Below are positions 7,461-16,525 of a DNA stretch of 43,748 nt, piece by piece. Positions within the stretch are counted from its first letter, which is position 1. Every line of letters begins with the position of its first letter. The notes beneath the pieces are model-generated. The model worked only from the letters and a program-made list of their open reading frames with translations. It was not told the DNA's origin and searched no databases. Origin of the DNA: Alphaproteobacteria bacterium (lineage in GTDB: Bacteria > Pseudomonadota > Alphaproteobacteria > JBFXJJ01); assembly GCA_050175015.1 (NCBI GenBank), contig JBFXJJ010000018.1:1-43748 (forward strand), given 5' to 3'. A program made the translations under genes and the position numbers.

Positions 7461-9881
7461 TTAACGCTGTCTATTTTTCACATAAATTCTTGCAAGATTC
7501 TTGCTTATATTGTTTGCCTTGTTTTCGTTGGAATTAGCAGCTTTTTCTTCTAATTCTTTATGGCTTTCTTTATAATCAAGCCAAACTTTAACGTTTTCTA
7601 GCCAAGGATTGTAACGACCTTTTTCTGTGTTTTGTGCCCGTTCTTTTTTGGCATTTATAAGCTTGCTTGAAAGATCTATGGTCGGAATAGACAGACCGCA
7701 AAGATACATATTATCACCCGTATCTTTATAATCGAGACGCAGCCTTGATTGAATACTGCGGTCTATTTCTTGAGAACGTTTAGGATCAAGGTTGCCGGCA
7801 TATCCAACAGGCCTTGTGATGACAGGAACAGAAACATCTTTTTTGGTTTTTTCATCAAAGGCTAAAATGTAATTAGCAGGAAGCAAAACATTGTTATCAG
7901 CATCTTTTGCCAAGCGTAAAGGAGAAACAACACCTTGGTTTAAGGTATAAATATGTTTGTCGTAATCGTTGGCTCCTTGATAAAAAGGATCGCACAATTC
8001 GACTTGTTTTAGCCTTCTGCTGACTATGCCGTCAATAAAATCAACATTAAAATCAAATTTTATCATACCAGTATGTTCTTCAATTTTTTGTGATTCTTTG
8101 GCTAAAAAGAAGCCATCTTTGCGCCTAGCAGGATCTATTGGTGCCATAATTTCCATATCATAAGTTTTAAACTCAGAACCAAGATGGTTTAAAAAACAGT
8201 TGATAGCTTCAGCGTAACCATAATCATCATCTTTTAAGGCTGCAAAAATAGCATCTCCTAATTCTTGGTTCATTTTATCACGCTGCCAAACATCACATAA
8301 TAATTGTTTGGCTTGTGCGTGGTGTCTGCAATCACCTAATCCTAAAGCAAAGGTCGTTGTAATGCTTGTTGTGGAATCAGATGCTACTTTTTCATCGAAA
8401 GCCTCTTGTTTATTGCTGTTGCTTGGTCTGCCAATGCCGCTTAAAAAGGTAACAGCTTGAACGTGACGGTCATAATTATCATTATTTAAGGTTTCGATTC
8501 CTCTTTCTTCTGTAACAAAAGCAGATCTTACAATTTGGTCGGCAACATAAGAAAAAGTATTAGGGTCATTAATATTTCTAAGAGTTGTGTTTTTAAATTC
8601 TGGCATTTTAGCGAAGAATTTATCATCAATCAGCATTTCAACAGGAATATCTAATAATCTATTGAATTGTTCCCAATCAACGCGGCCAACAGAATGATCT
8701 GGAACTTGACCATTGAAGTTAAAATTTCCAGCAACGCTATTAGAAGTTATAAAACCATCAGGCAGGCTGCGATAATTAAAGGTCTTTTTATATAAAAGTT
8801 CTTCAGCAGTTAGCTCATTGTCAGTTTTTGCATCTTTCATAACAGTTAAAACGTCATTGTTAGTTTTTGTAATATCAGTAGAATTAGTAAAAAGCTTTTG
8901 AATTACAGCTTCTACCAATTCAGTTTTCTGATTTTGAGCTAATAATAGACTGCGTACGTTTGCTAATTCATAAAAAGTGATTCGTCTTTGATAGTAAGTT
9001 GCCGGAGTCTCTTTTAGCTTGTTAACAAAATCGTCAGCTTTTCTCGCTGGAACACCGGCAAGACAAGCGGCTAAGGTCATGGTCTCTGCTCTTTGATAAT
9101 CTGCAAGCTCAAGTCCTCCATGCTTCTCGCATACTAAAAGAGTTAATTCTGCAAATTGTTCAGCCCGAGTGCTTTGTCCAAGCTCTGCATATAGCATTGC
9201 GGTTTTCAAACCTGCTGAGCTGTCCATATTTTTTCTAAAACCTTTTTGGAAGCTGATTAAAGAACGAATCTTAGCTTTTTTTCCGTTCGCTTCAATTTCT
9301 GTTAAATTCTCATCGTTAGGGAAATTTTGAAGATATCTTTTTTTAGCGCTTTTGATTTGTCCTTCAGAGGAATGTCCTAAAGCAAAAAGAAGAGCCTCAG
9401 CTGATGTTGCTTTCATATACCAAGCTGAGCCCTCAATATTGTGGCGTAAATATCTTCCGTCGTTTCCTTTAGTAATTAATTGCCGGCACATATCAATAGC
9501 TTCATTATATTTTCCAAAGCGGCAATATGCATTCGCAACATTTTCCATACCAACAGGAGAATTTCTAAATTGTTCGTTATTACACATCTCATAAATTTTT
9601 ATAATGGAGTTAAAGTCTCCTAATTCACGAAATTTATGAGTTAAAAGTATAAGAGATTGGGTGTTTAAATTGTTGAGACCTTTGGTTCTAAAAACAAATT
9701 CTCTCAAACCAGAACGCACTCTTTTTTCTGGCAATTCTAAGATAGTTTTCAATTCTTTTCGGAATTTGCGATCACTGATGTGAGAAGCCGCATTTTGACG
9801 GCGTGCATGGTCAAAATCAATGCCTCTTTTTTTGCCATCTAAATTCAAACCGATAAATTCTGGTGCGTTATTTGAAGACAT
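7461..9881 (-). CDS. 806-aa uncharacterised protein: TPR-S/DUF4071-like helical N-terminus plus putative papain/transglutaminase-like (EDR1-like) C-terminal domain
   Basis: Long uninterrupted ORF. TPR-like helices (ANAYCRFGKYNEAIDMCRQL; AGLKTAMLYAELG). LGLGDCRHHAQAKQLLCD, EEH and LCDPFY motifs. Coding status is secure; function is inferred. Confidence 0.6.
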   Translation of the reverse strand: MSSNNAPEFIGLNLDGKKRGIDFDHARRQNAASHISDRKFRKELKTILELPEKRVRSGLREFVFRTKGLNNLNTQSLILLTHKFRELGDFNSIIKIYEMCNNEQFRNSPVGMENVANAYCRFGKYNEAIDMCRQLITKGNDGRYLRHNIEGSAWYMKATSAEALLFALGHSSEGQIKSAKKRYLQNFPNDENLTEIEANGKKAKIRSLISFQKGFRKNMDSSAGLKTAMLYAELGQSTRAEQFAELTLLVCEKHGGLELADYQRAETMTLAACLAGVPARKADDFVNKLKETPATYYQRRITFYELANVRSLLLAQNQKTELVEAVIQKLFTNSTDITKTNNDVLTVMKDAKTDNELTAEELLYKKTFNYRSLPDGFITSNSVAGNFNFNGQVPDHSVGRVDWEQFNRLLDIPVEMLIDDKFFAKMPEFKNTTLRNINDPNTFSYVADQIVRSAFVTEERGIETLNNDNYDRHVQAVTFLSGIGRPSNSNKQEAFDEKVASDSTTSITTTFALGLGDCRHHAQAKQLLCDVWQRDKMNQELGDAIFAALKDDDYGYAEAINCFLNHLGSEFKTYDMEIMAPIDPARRKDGFFLAKESQKIEEHTGMIKFDFNVDFIDGIVSRRLKQVELCDPFYQGANDYDKHIYTLNQGVVSPLRLAKDADNNVLLPANYILAFDEKTKKDVSVPVITRPVGYAGNLDPKRSQEIDRSIQSRLRLDYKDTGDNMYLCGLSIPTIDLSSKLINAKKERAQNTEKGRYNPWLENVKVWLDYKESHKELEEKAANSNENKANNISKNLARIYVKNRQR

Positions 9882-10104
9882 ATGTTTTAAAACCTTAGAA
9901 ACGATTTAACTTTTTAATTGAAATAAACTACTTTTTATTAAAGCTCAATCACATTTAAAAAGCAAGACTTTTTTGTCAAAATAGTCTAAAAATAAATAAA
10001 AATATTTTATCAAATATGTATAGTGTAAAAAGGGTTGATTTATATATGGTTATGACCATAAAATCCCCCTTAGAATTGTTAATAATAAATAATGAGAATG
10101 ACAA

Positions 10105-10644
10105 ATGGCATTATTAAAAATTGTAGAGCTTCCAGATCCTCTTTTGAAAAAAAAGAGCAAACCTATTGCGGTTATAGATGAAGAAATAAAAAAATTAGCA
10201 AGTGATATGCTCGAAACTATGTACTTTGAGGTTGGTGTTGGTCTTGCGGCTCCTCAGGTTGGGGTTTTAAAAAGAATCATTGTAATGGATCCTTATCACG
10301 AAGATAAGCCTGACAGAGCAATAGTTATGGTTAATCCTGAGATTATTGAAAAATCAGAGGAAACAGTTTTTTGCAATGAGGGTTGTCTCTCGGTTCCTGA
10401 TTATCAAGCAGAGGTGAAGCGTCCAGAAAAAGTTCGTGTAAAGTGGCAGGACTTAGACGGTGTTGAACATAATGAGCTTTTAGATAATTTTGCGGCTAGA
10501 GTAGTACAGCACGAAATAGATCATCTTAATGGTGTATTATTTATAGATAGAATCTCTAGAATTAAGCGCAGTATGATTACGAAAAAAATGCAAAAAAAAT
10601 CTCAAAATCAAGATGAGCAAGATTCAGATTTAGGAATTGAATGA
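10105..10644 (+). CDS. def: Peptide deformylase
   Basis: GVGLAAPQVG, EGCLS and QHEIDHLNG motifs. Confidence 0.97.
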   Translation: MALLKIVELPDPLLKKKSKPIAVIDEEIKKLASDMLETMYFEVGVGLAAPQVGVLKRIIVMDPYHEDKPDRAIVMVNPEIIEKSEETVFCNEGCLSVPDYQAEVKRPEKVRVKWQDLDGVEHNELLDNFAARVVQHEIDHLNGVLFIDRISRIKRSMITKKMQKKSQNQDEQDSDLGIE

Positions 10645-11567
10645 TGGTGAAACTGAGGGTTGTTTTTATGGGAACGCCTGATTTCTCTGTCCCTGTACTT
10701 GAGGCAGTGGCTAGAAAGTATGATGTCGTTTGTGTCTATTCCCAGCCTCCGCGTCCCGCAGGCAGAGGGCAAAAGCTTATGAAATCACCCGTTCATCAAA
10801 AAGCAGAAGAGCTAGGAATAATGGTTCGTTGTCCGCTTTCTTTGAAAAGTGTTGAGGAACAGCAGCTGTTGTCCAATTTAAAAGCCGATATTTCTGTTGT
10901 GGCAGCTTATGGTATGATTTTACCAGAAGCTGTAATAAGTATTTTTTCTTATGGCTGTATTAATGTCCATGCGTCACTTTTGCCTAGATGGCGTGGAGCT
11001 AGTCCTATTCAAAGTTCGATTATGGCAGGAGATAAAAAAAGCGGTATTTCCATAATGAAAATAGTTAAGGCGCTTGATGCTGGTGATGTTCTTTTGCAAA
11101 AAGAAGTTGTTATCACAAAAGAAGAAACCGCAGAAACTTTGCACGATAAGTTATCTTGTGCGGGGGCTAATGCTATTATTGAAGGGTTGTCTCTAATTGC
11201 GGAAGGTAATGCAGTTTTTAAACCGCAAGATGAGTCTTTAGTTACTTATGCGACTAAAATTAATAAAGAAGATGCTAAAATAGATTTTTCTCAAGATGCA
11301 AGCATTATTGAACAAAAGATTAGGGCATATAATCCTGCTCCAGGTGCTTGGTTTTTATTAGATGGCAACCGCATTAAAATTAATCTGGCGGAAGTTATCG
11401 AGTATAATGGAGAAAAGCCGTTCGGTACTATAATTGATAACAAGATGACTATTGCCTGCGGCAAAAATGCCTTATCTATCTTGAAGTTGCAAAAAGCAGG
11501 CAAATCAGTGATGAAAATAGATGACTTTTTAAGAGGTCTCAAAGAAATGCCAAGCAGAGTTGATTAG
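10641..11567 (+). CDS. fmt: Methionyl-tRNA formyltransferase
   Basis: FMGTPDF, SQPPRPAGRG, VVAAYG, INVHASLLPRWRGASPI and LDAGD motifs; follows def. Confidence 0.97.
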   Translation: MMVKLRVVFMGTPDFSVPVLEAVARKYDVVCVYSQPPRPAGRGQKLMKSPVHQKAEELGIMVRCPLSLKSVEEQQLLSNLKADISVVAAYGMILPEAVISIFSYGCINVHASLLPRWRGASPIQSSIMAGDKKSGISIMKIVKALDAGDVLLQKEVVITKEETAETLHDKLSCAGANAIIEGLSLIAEGNAVFKPQDESLVTYATKINKEDAKIDFSQDASIIEQKIRAYNPAPGAWFLLDGNRIKINLAEVIEYNGEKPFGTIIDNKMTIACGKNALSILKLQKAGKSVMKIDDFLRGLKEMPSRVD

Positions 11568-11570
11568 AAA

Positions 11571-12311
11571 ATGCGCAGGATTAAGCTCAAGATTGAATAT
11601 GATGGAACATCTTTAGTTGGCTGGCAAGCGCAAAACAACGGGGTTTCGGTTCAATCATTGGTCGAAGATGCGATTAAGGGGTTTAGCGGAGAAACGGTTA
11701 GTCTTTTTGGTGCAGGTCGAACAGACGCTGGAGTTCATGCTTTAGGGCAAGTCGCGCATTTTGATTTAGCAAAAGAAAATATTGCGGCAGAAAAAATTAA
11801 ATATGCAATTAATGCTCATCTTAAAAACAAACCAGTTGTAATTTTAGAGTCTGAAGAAACTAATTCCGATTTTCACGCTAGATTTTCAGCAAAATGGAGG
11901 AAATATCGTTATATAATATCGAATCGCAGCGTTCCTCTGGTTATTAATGAAAACAGAGCTTGGTGGGTTCCTCAATGGTTAGATGAAAGCAAAATATTTG
12001 AAGCTTCACAGTTCCTTGTTGGGAAACACGATTTTTCTAGTTTTAGAGCTGCGGAATGTCAGGCAAAAAGCCCAATTAAAACGCTTGACTATATTACCGT
12101 AGAAAGAGAAAGCGAAAATATAATTATAGAGGTTAAAGCCAGATCATTTTTACATCATATGGTTAGAAATATTGTCGGCACGTTAAAGTTGGTTGGGCAA
12201 GAAAAGTTATCGCCAGAAGATGTGAATCTAATTCTAGAAGCGAGGGATAGGAAGCGAGCTGGCGCAACGGCTCCAGCTTCAGGGCTTTATTTTTTAGAGG
12301 TGGGATATTAA
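11571..12311 (+). CDS. truA: tRNA pseudouridine(38-40) synthase
   Basis: EYDGT..GWQ, GAGRTDAGVHALGQVAHFD, FHARFSA, GKHDFSSFR and SFLHHMVRNIVG motifs. Confidence 0.97.
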   Translation: MRRIKLKIEYDGTSLVGWQAQNNGVSVQSLVEDAIKGFSGETVSLFGAGRTDAGVHALGQVAHFDLAKENIAAEKIKYAINAHLKNKPVVILESEETNSDFHARFSAKWRKYRYIISNRSVPLVINENRAWWVPQWLDESKIFEASQFLVGKHDFSSFRAAECQAKSPIKTLDYITVERESENIIIEVKARSFLHHMVRNIVGTLKLVGQEKLSPEDVNLILEARDRKRAGATAPASGLYFLEVGY

Positions 12312-12418
12312 TTTTTTTAATTTTAATTAAATTGTTGTTTTTTTTGCAATATAGATTAAGATATGGTGTCTATAAATTAAATTGTAGCGCTTTATTTAAT
12401 ATTTAAGGGTTTAAACTA

Positions 12419-12850
12419 ATGTCAATAATGCTCGAAGGTGAATACGCCATTTTAGTTAATGATGACGATGAAGTTATGATTTCAATGGCTAGTAAGTTAA
12501 ATGATCCTGAGAACCCTAGAATAATTTACGATGGCGGCGACCATGCCCTTTATTATCGTACACCATTAGAAACAATCCTACTTGATTATATTAATCCAGA
12601 AGTTCGTGAAGCGTTGCAAAAAGTTAAAATTTTACTCGTAGCTGAAGTTGAAATTGACGAAGAAAGAAGAGATGGTGAGGTTATAAGAGCTTTTGATGTT
12701 CCTTTGCAAATGGTTAAAAAACTTCCACTTTCAGGCGAACTTGCTCATCTTCCTACTATCGACGAGCTTTTTGATAAAATTGAAGCAGAAATAGATATGA
12801 TTGCTGAAGAAGAAGAAATTGATAGGCTTGCCGAATTAGAAGGTGACTGA
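12419..12850 (+). CDS. Acidic hypothetical protein
   Basis: 143-aa ORF with protein-like composition, its own intergenic upstream region and a terminator downstream; no family recognised. Confidence 0.7.
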   Translation: MSIMLEGEYAILVNDDDEVMISMASKLNDPENPRIIYDGGDHALYYRTPLETILLDYINPEVREALQKVKILLVAEVEIDEERRDGEVIRAFDVPLQMVKKLPLSGELAHLPTIDELFDKIEAEIDMIAEEEEIDRLAELEGD

Positions 12851-12878
12851 TTGTATTCATATTCTTTCAAATAATTAT

Positions 12879-12910
12879 AAGCCAGCATCAAAAGCTGGCT
12901 TTTTATTTTT
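12879..12910 (+). terminator. Rho-independent terminator
   Basis: AAGCCAGC-7 nt-GCTGGCTT followed by a T-rich tract. Confidence 0.7.
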
Positions 12911-12937
12911 GACTAAAGTCAAAGAATAAATTACAAA
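12908..12937 (+). promoter_or_regulatory. Palindromic operator overlapping the putative suf promoter -35
   Basis: TTTGACT-AA-AGTCAAA (12908-12923); TTGACT (12909-12914)-17 nt-TACAAA (12932-12937). Confidence 0.45.
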
Positions 12938-12990
12938 AGACATTATATTGATAACAACCTAATGTAAATTTCTCAAAAAAAGGTCTTATA

Positions 12991-14442
12991 ATGGTAAAAG
13001 AAGAAACTGAAAACACAATAAAAAAAATTTCAGAAGATTCTTATAAATACGGCTTTGTAACAGATATTAAAGCAGAGACTATAGGCAAGGGTCTATCTGA
13101 AGAAGTTGTCGCTCTAATTTCATCTAAAAATGATGAACCATCGTGGCTTTTGGATTGGCGTATTAAGGCGTATCGTTTTTGGCTTTCTTTGGAAGAGCCG
13201 ACTTGGTCAAAGCTTAAATATCCTAAAATAAACTATCAAGATATTCATTACTATTCATCTCCAGTCAAAAAAGGCATTAAGAGCTTGGACGAAGCCGATC
13301 CAGAGCTTCTTAAGACATATGAAAAGTTAGGGATTCCTCTTAAAGAGCAAGAAGTTTTAGCAGGCGTTGTAGCGGTTGATGCTGTTTTTGACAGTGTTTC
13401 GGTTGCCACAACATATAAAGAGAAACTCAAAGAAAAGGGTGTAGTTTTTTGCCCTATTTCTGAGGCGGCTAGAGAATATCCTGAGCTTCTACAAAAATAT
13501 TTAGGTTCAGTTGTGCCTTATACTGATAATTTTTTTGCTTGTTTAAATTCTGCGGTTTATAGCGATGGCTCGTTTGTATATATTCCAAAAAATGTAAGAT
13601 GTCCTATGGAGCTTTCAACGTATTTTCGTATTAACGAAAAAAATACAGGGCAGTTTGAAAGAACCTTAATTGTAGCCGAAGATAATTCTTATGTTAGTTA
13701 TTTAGAAGGTTGTACGGCTCCTCAGCGAGATGAGAATCAACTTCACGCTGCTGTAGTTGAAATTGTTGCTATGAATAACGCTGAAGTTAAATACTCTACG
13801 GTTCAAAATTGGTATCCTGGAGATAAGGACGGAAAAGGCGGAATTTATAACTTTGTAACTAAAAGAGGGGCTTGTCGAGGAGATGATTCCAAAATCTCTT
13901 GGACACAGGTTGAGACAGGCTCAGCGATTACTTGGAAATATCCCAGCTGCATTTTACAAGGCAAAAATTCTGTTGGTGAATTCTATTCAGTTGCAATCAC
14001 GAATAATTACCAGCAAGCAGATACTGGAACCAAAATGATTCATATTGGAGAAAATTCATCATCAACGATTGTTGCCAAAAGTATTGCGTCAGGTTTTTCT
14101 GATAACACCTATCGTGGTTTAGTCAGAATTTCTCCTAATGCTAAAAATGCTAAAAATAATTCTAAATGTGATAATTTATTGATAGGTGAAACTTGCGGGG
14201 CGCATACGGTTCCTTATATTGAAAATCGTAATGCTCAAGCAACTGTAGAGCATGAAGCAACAACATCTAAAATCAGTGAAGAACAGCTTTTTTATTGCCG
14301 TCAAAGAGGGATTGCTGAAGAAGAAGCGGTGTCATTGATTGTTAATGGTTTTTGTAAAGAAGTTATGCAGAAACTGCCTATGGAATTTGCCATAGAAGCA
14401 GCTAGATTAGTTAATATCAGCCTCGAAGGCAGTATAGGTTAA
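12991..14442 (+). CDS. sufB: Fe-S cluster assembly protein SufB
   Basis: [59 protein letters not shown] and TWKYPS motifs. Confidence 0.98.
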   Translation: MVKEETENTIKKISEDSYKYGFVTDIKAETIGKGLSEEVVALISSKNDEPSWLLDWRIKAYRFWLSLEEPTWSKLKYPKINYQDIHYYSSPVKKGIKSLDEADPELLKTYEKLGIPLKEQEVLAGVVAVDAVFDSVSVATTYKEKLKEKGVVFCPISEAAREYPELLQKYLGSVVPYTDNFFACLNSAVYSDGSFVYIPKNVRCPMELSTYFRINEKNTGQFERTLIVAEDNSYVSYLEGCTAPQRDENQLHAAVVEIVAMNNAEVKYSTVQNWYPGDKDGKGGIYNFVTKRGACRGDDSKISWTQVETGSAITWKYPSCILQGKNSVGEFYSVAITNNYQQADTGTKMIHIGENSSSTIVAKSIASGFSDNTYRGLVRISPNAKNAKNNSKCDNLLIGETCGAHTVPYIENRNAQATVEHEATTSKISEEQLFYCRQRGIAEEEAVSLIVNGFCKEVMQKLPMEFAIEAARLVNISLEGSIG

Positions 14443-14455
14443 AGGATTTTAGAAA

Positions 14456-15199
14456 ATGTCTTTTTTAGAAATAGTTGATTTACATGCCAGTATTGACGGT
14501 AAAGAAATTTTAAAAGGTTTTAACCTCACTATTAATCAGGGTGAAGTTCATGCCATTATGGGACCTAATGGTTCGGGCAAAAGCACGTTGTCCTACGTTA
14601 TAGCAGGCAGACCTGGTTATGAGGTAACAAAAGGCAGAGTTTTGTTTAAAGGTCAGGACTTATTGGCTATGCCAGTTGAGGAACGAGCGAGAGAAGGTAT
14701 TTTTCTTGCTTTTCAATATCCTGTAGAAATTCCAGGGGTTGCTACGGCAGTTTTTTTAAAACACGCCTTAAATGCTGTTCGCAAACATCGGGGTGATGAA
14801 GAGCTTGATACTATGACTTTCATTAAAATAATGAAAGAAAAAGCAGGAGAACTAGGTATTAATCAAGATTTAGTTAAAAGATTTCTCAATGTGGGATTTT
14901 CTGGCGGAGAAAAAAAACGGGTAGAAACTTTGCAGATGTCTATTTTAGAGCCAAGTTTTGCGATATTAGACGAGATGGATTCAGGACTTGATATTGATGC
15001 CTTAAAAGTTGTTTCTGAAGGTGTTAATACTTTGCGTAGCCCAGAGCGCTCGATGCTTGTTATTACTCACTATCAAAGACTTTTGAATTATATTGTTCCT
15101 GACTATGTCCACGTTTTGGCTGGAGGAAAAATAGTTAAATCCGGCAATAAAAATTTAGCTCTGGAATTAGAAGAGCACGGCTATGGCGAATTCGTTTAA
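14456..15199 (+). CDS. sufC: Fe-S cluster assembly ATPase SufC
   Basis: GPNGSGKST, FLAFQYPVEIPGV, GFSGGEKKR, DSGLDIDAL and ITHYQRLL motifs. Confidence 0.98.
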   Translation: MSFLEIVDLHASIDGKEILKGFNLTINQGEVHAIMGPNGSGKSTLSYVIAGRPGYEVTKGRVLFKGQDLLAMPVEERAREGIFLAFQYPVEIPGVATAVFLKHALNAVRKHRGDEELDTMTFIKIMKEKAGELGINQDLVKRFLNVGFSGGEKKRVETLQMSILEPSFAILDEMDSGLDIDALKVVSEGVNTLRSPERSMLVITHYQRLLNYIVPDYVHVLAGGKIVKSGNKNLALELEEHGYGEFV

Positions 15200-15211
15200 G
15201 GAAGGCTTAAA

Positions 15212-16525
15212 ATGAATCTTAATTTAACTGCAAAACAGCCATTTTTAGATGATTATGAAGCGTCCTTTCCTAATATGGTGGGGGCTAAGCATAATTGGCT
15301 TTCTGCAATTAGAAAAAATGGTCTTCAGGCTTATAGCAATCACGGTATCAATTTAGAAAAAATAGAAAATTGGCATTATACGAAGCTGAAATTTTTAAAA
15401 ACGATTAACTTTGTTAAATCAAATGTTAAATCTAAAATTAAATTACCTGAAATTACAGATGTTAATGCCAGCTATGTTGCCGTTGTAGTAAACGGCAAAT
15501 TTAGAGATGATTTAAGTTTTGGAGATGTTCCTAAAGGCATTAAAATTTTTTCTTTAGCAAGCGTGTTAGAAAATGATACTCCAGATTGGATTTCAGAAAT
15601 ATTGGCTAAACAGGTCGATATGCAGAATGCCTCACTTGCGGCTTTGAATACTGCTTGGCTTGAAGACGGCTATGTTATAGATGTTATGCCTAATGTGTCG
15701 TTGAAAAAACCAATATTGATTTTGATGTTAAATGATGCGGGCAAAGAACCTTCGGCAATCTATACCCGAGGTTTAGTAAGGTTAGGGAAAAATGCTCATA
15801 TTAAGATTATTGAAGAGCATAGCCCCGTTGTAGAAAAAATTTGTTTTGTTAATGCGGTTACGGAGTTGGTGCTTAGTGAAGACGCCAAGCTTGGTTATTA
15901 TAAAAGAGTTAAAGGCAGCAGCGAAGCTTATCATATAGGATTTGTAGGAGCTATGGTTCTCAAAAATGCTGAATTAGAAAGCTTTATTATGCAAAATAAT
16001 GCAGCGTTATCTCGCTCGGAATATAATGTTAACCTTGCAGGTGAAGGTGCTAAGGCTGTCGTTAATGGTGCATATATGGGTGCAGAGCATCAAATTTCAG
16101 ATATTACCTGCTGTATTGAGCATAATGCCTCATATACTTGTTCGGATCAGATAATCAGAGGTTTGGTTGCAGGTGATTCCAAAGCAGTATTTCAAGGAAA
16201 AATTTTCGTAAATCGTGGTACGGCTAAGGTTGATGGCAATCAAAATCACAAAGCTCTTCTGCTTTCTAAAAATGCTGAGGTTGACTGCAAACCAGAGTTA
16301 GAAATTTATGCTGATGATGTTAAATGTTCTCACGGAGCGACGACAGGTTTTTTAGATAAAGATGCAATGTTTTATCTAAGAGCAAGAGGCGTTTCAGAAA
16401 ATGATGCTCAAAAAATGTTGGCGGCAGCTTTTTTGAAAGATGCTATCAGTACGATAAAAGATGACAATATCATTGACTATTTTGAGAAAAATTTAGAAAA
16501 GTGGCTGGACAATAATTTGTTATGA
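15212..16525 (+). CDS. sufD: Fe-S cluster assembly protein SufD
   Basis: ENWHYT, VFQGKIFV, KPELEIYADDVKCSHGAT and FYLRARG motifs; position in the operon. Confidence 0.95.
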   Translation: MNLNLTAKQPFLDDYEASFPNMVGAKHNWLSAIRKNGLQAYSNHGINLEKIENWHYTKLKFLKTINFVKSNVKSKIKLPEITDVNASYVAVVVNGKFRDDLSFGDVPKGIKIFSLASVLENDTPDWISEILAKQVDMQNASLAALNTAWLEDGYVIDVMPNVSLKKPILILMLNDAGKEPSAIYTRGLVRLGKNAHIKIIEEHSPVVEKICFVNAVTELVLSEDAKLGYYKRVKGSSEAYHIGFVGAMVLKNAELESFIMQNNAALSRSEYNVNLAGEGAKAVVNGAYMGAEHQISDITCCIEHNASYTCSDQIIRGLVAGDSKAVFQGKIFVNRGTAKVDGNQNHKALLLSKNAEVDCKPELEIYADDVKCSHGATTGFLDKDAMFYLRARGVSENDAQKMLAAAFLKDAISTIKDDNIIDYFEKNLEKWLDNNLL

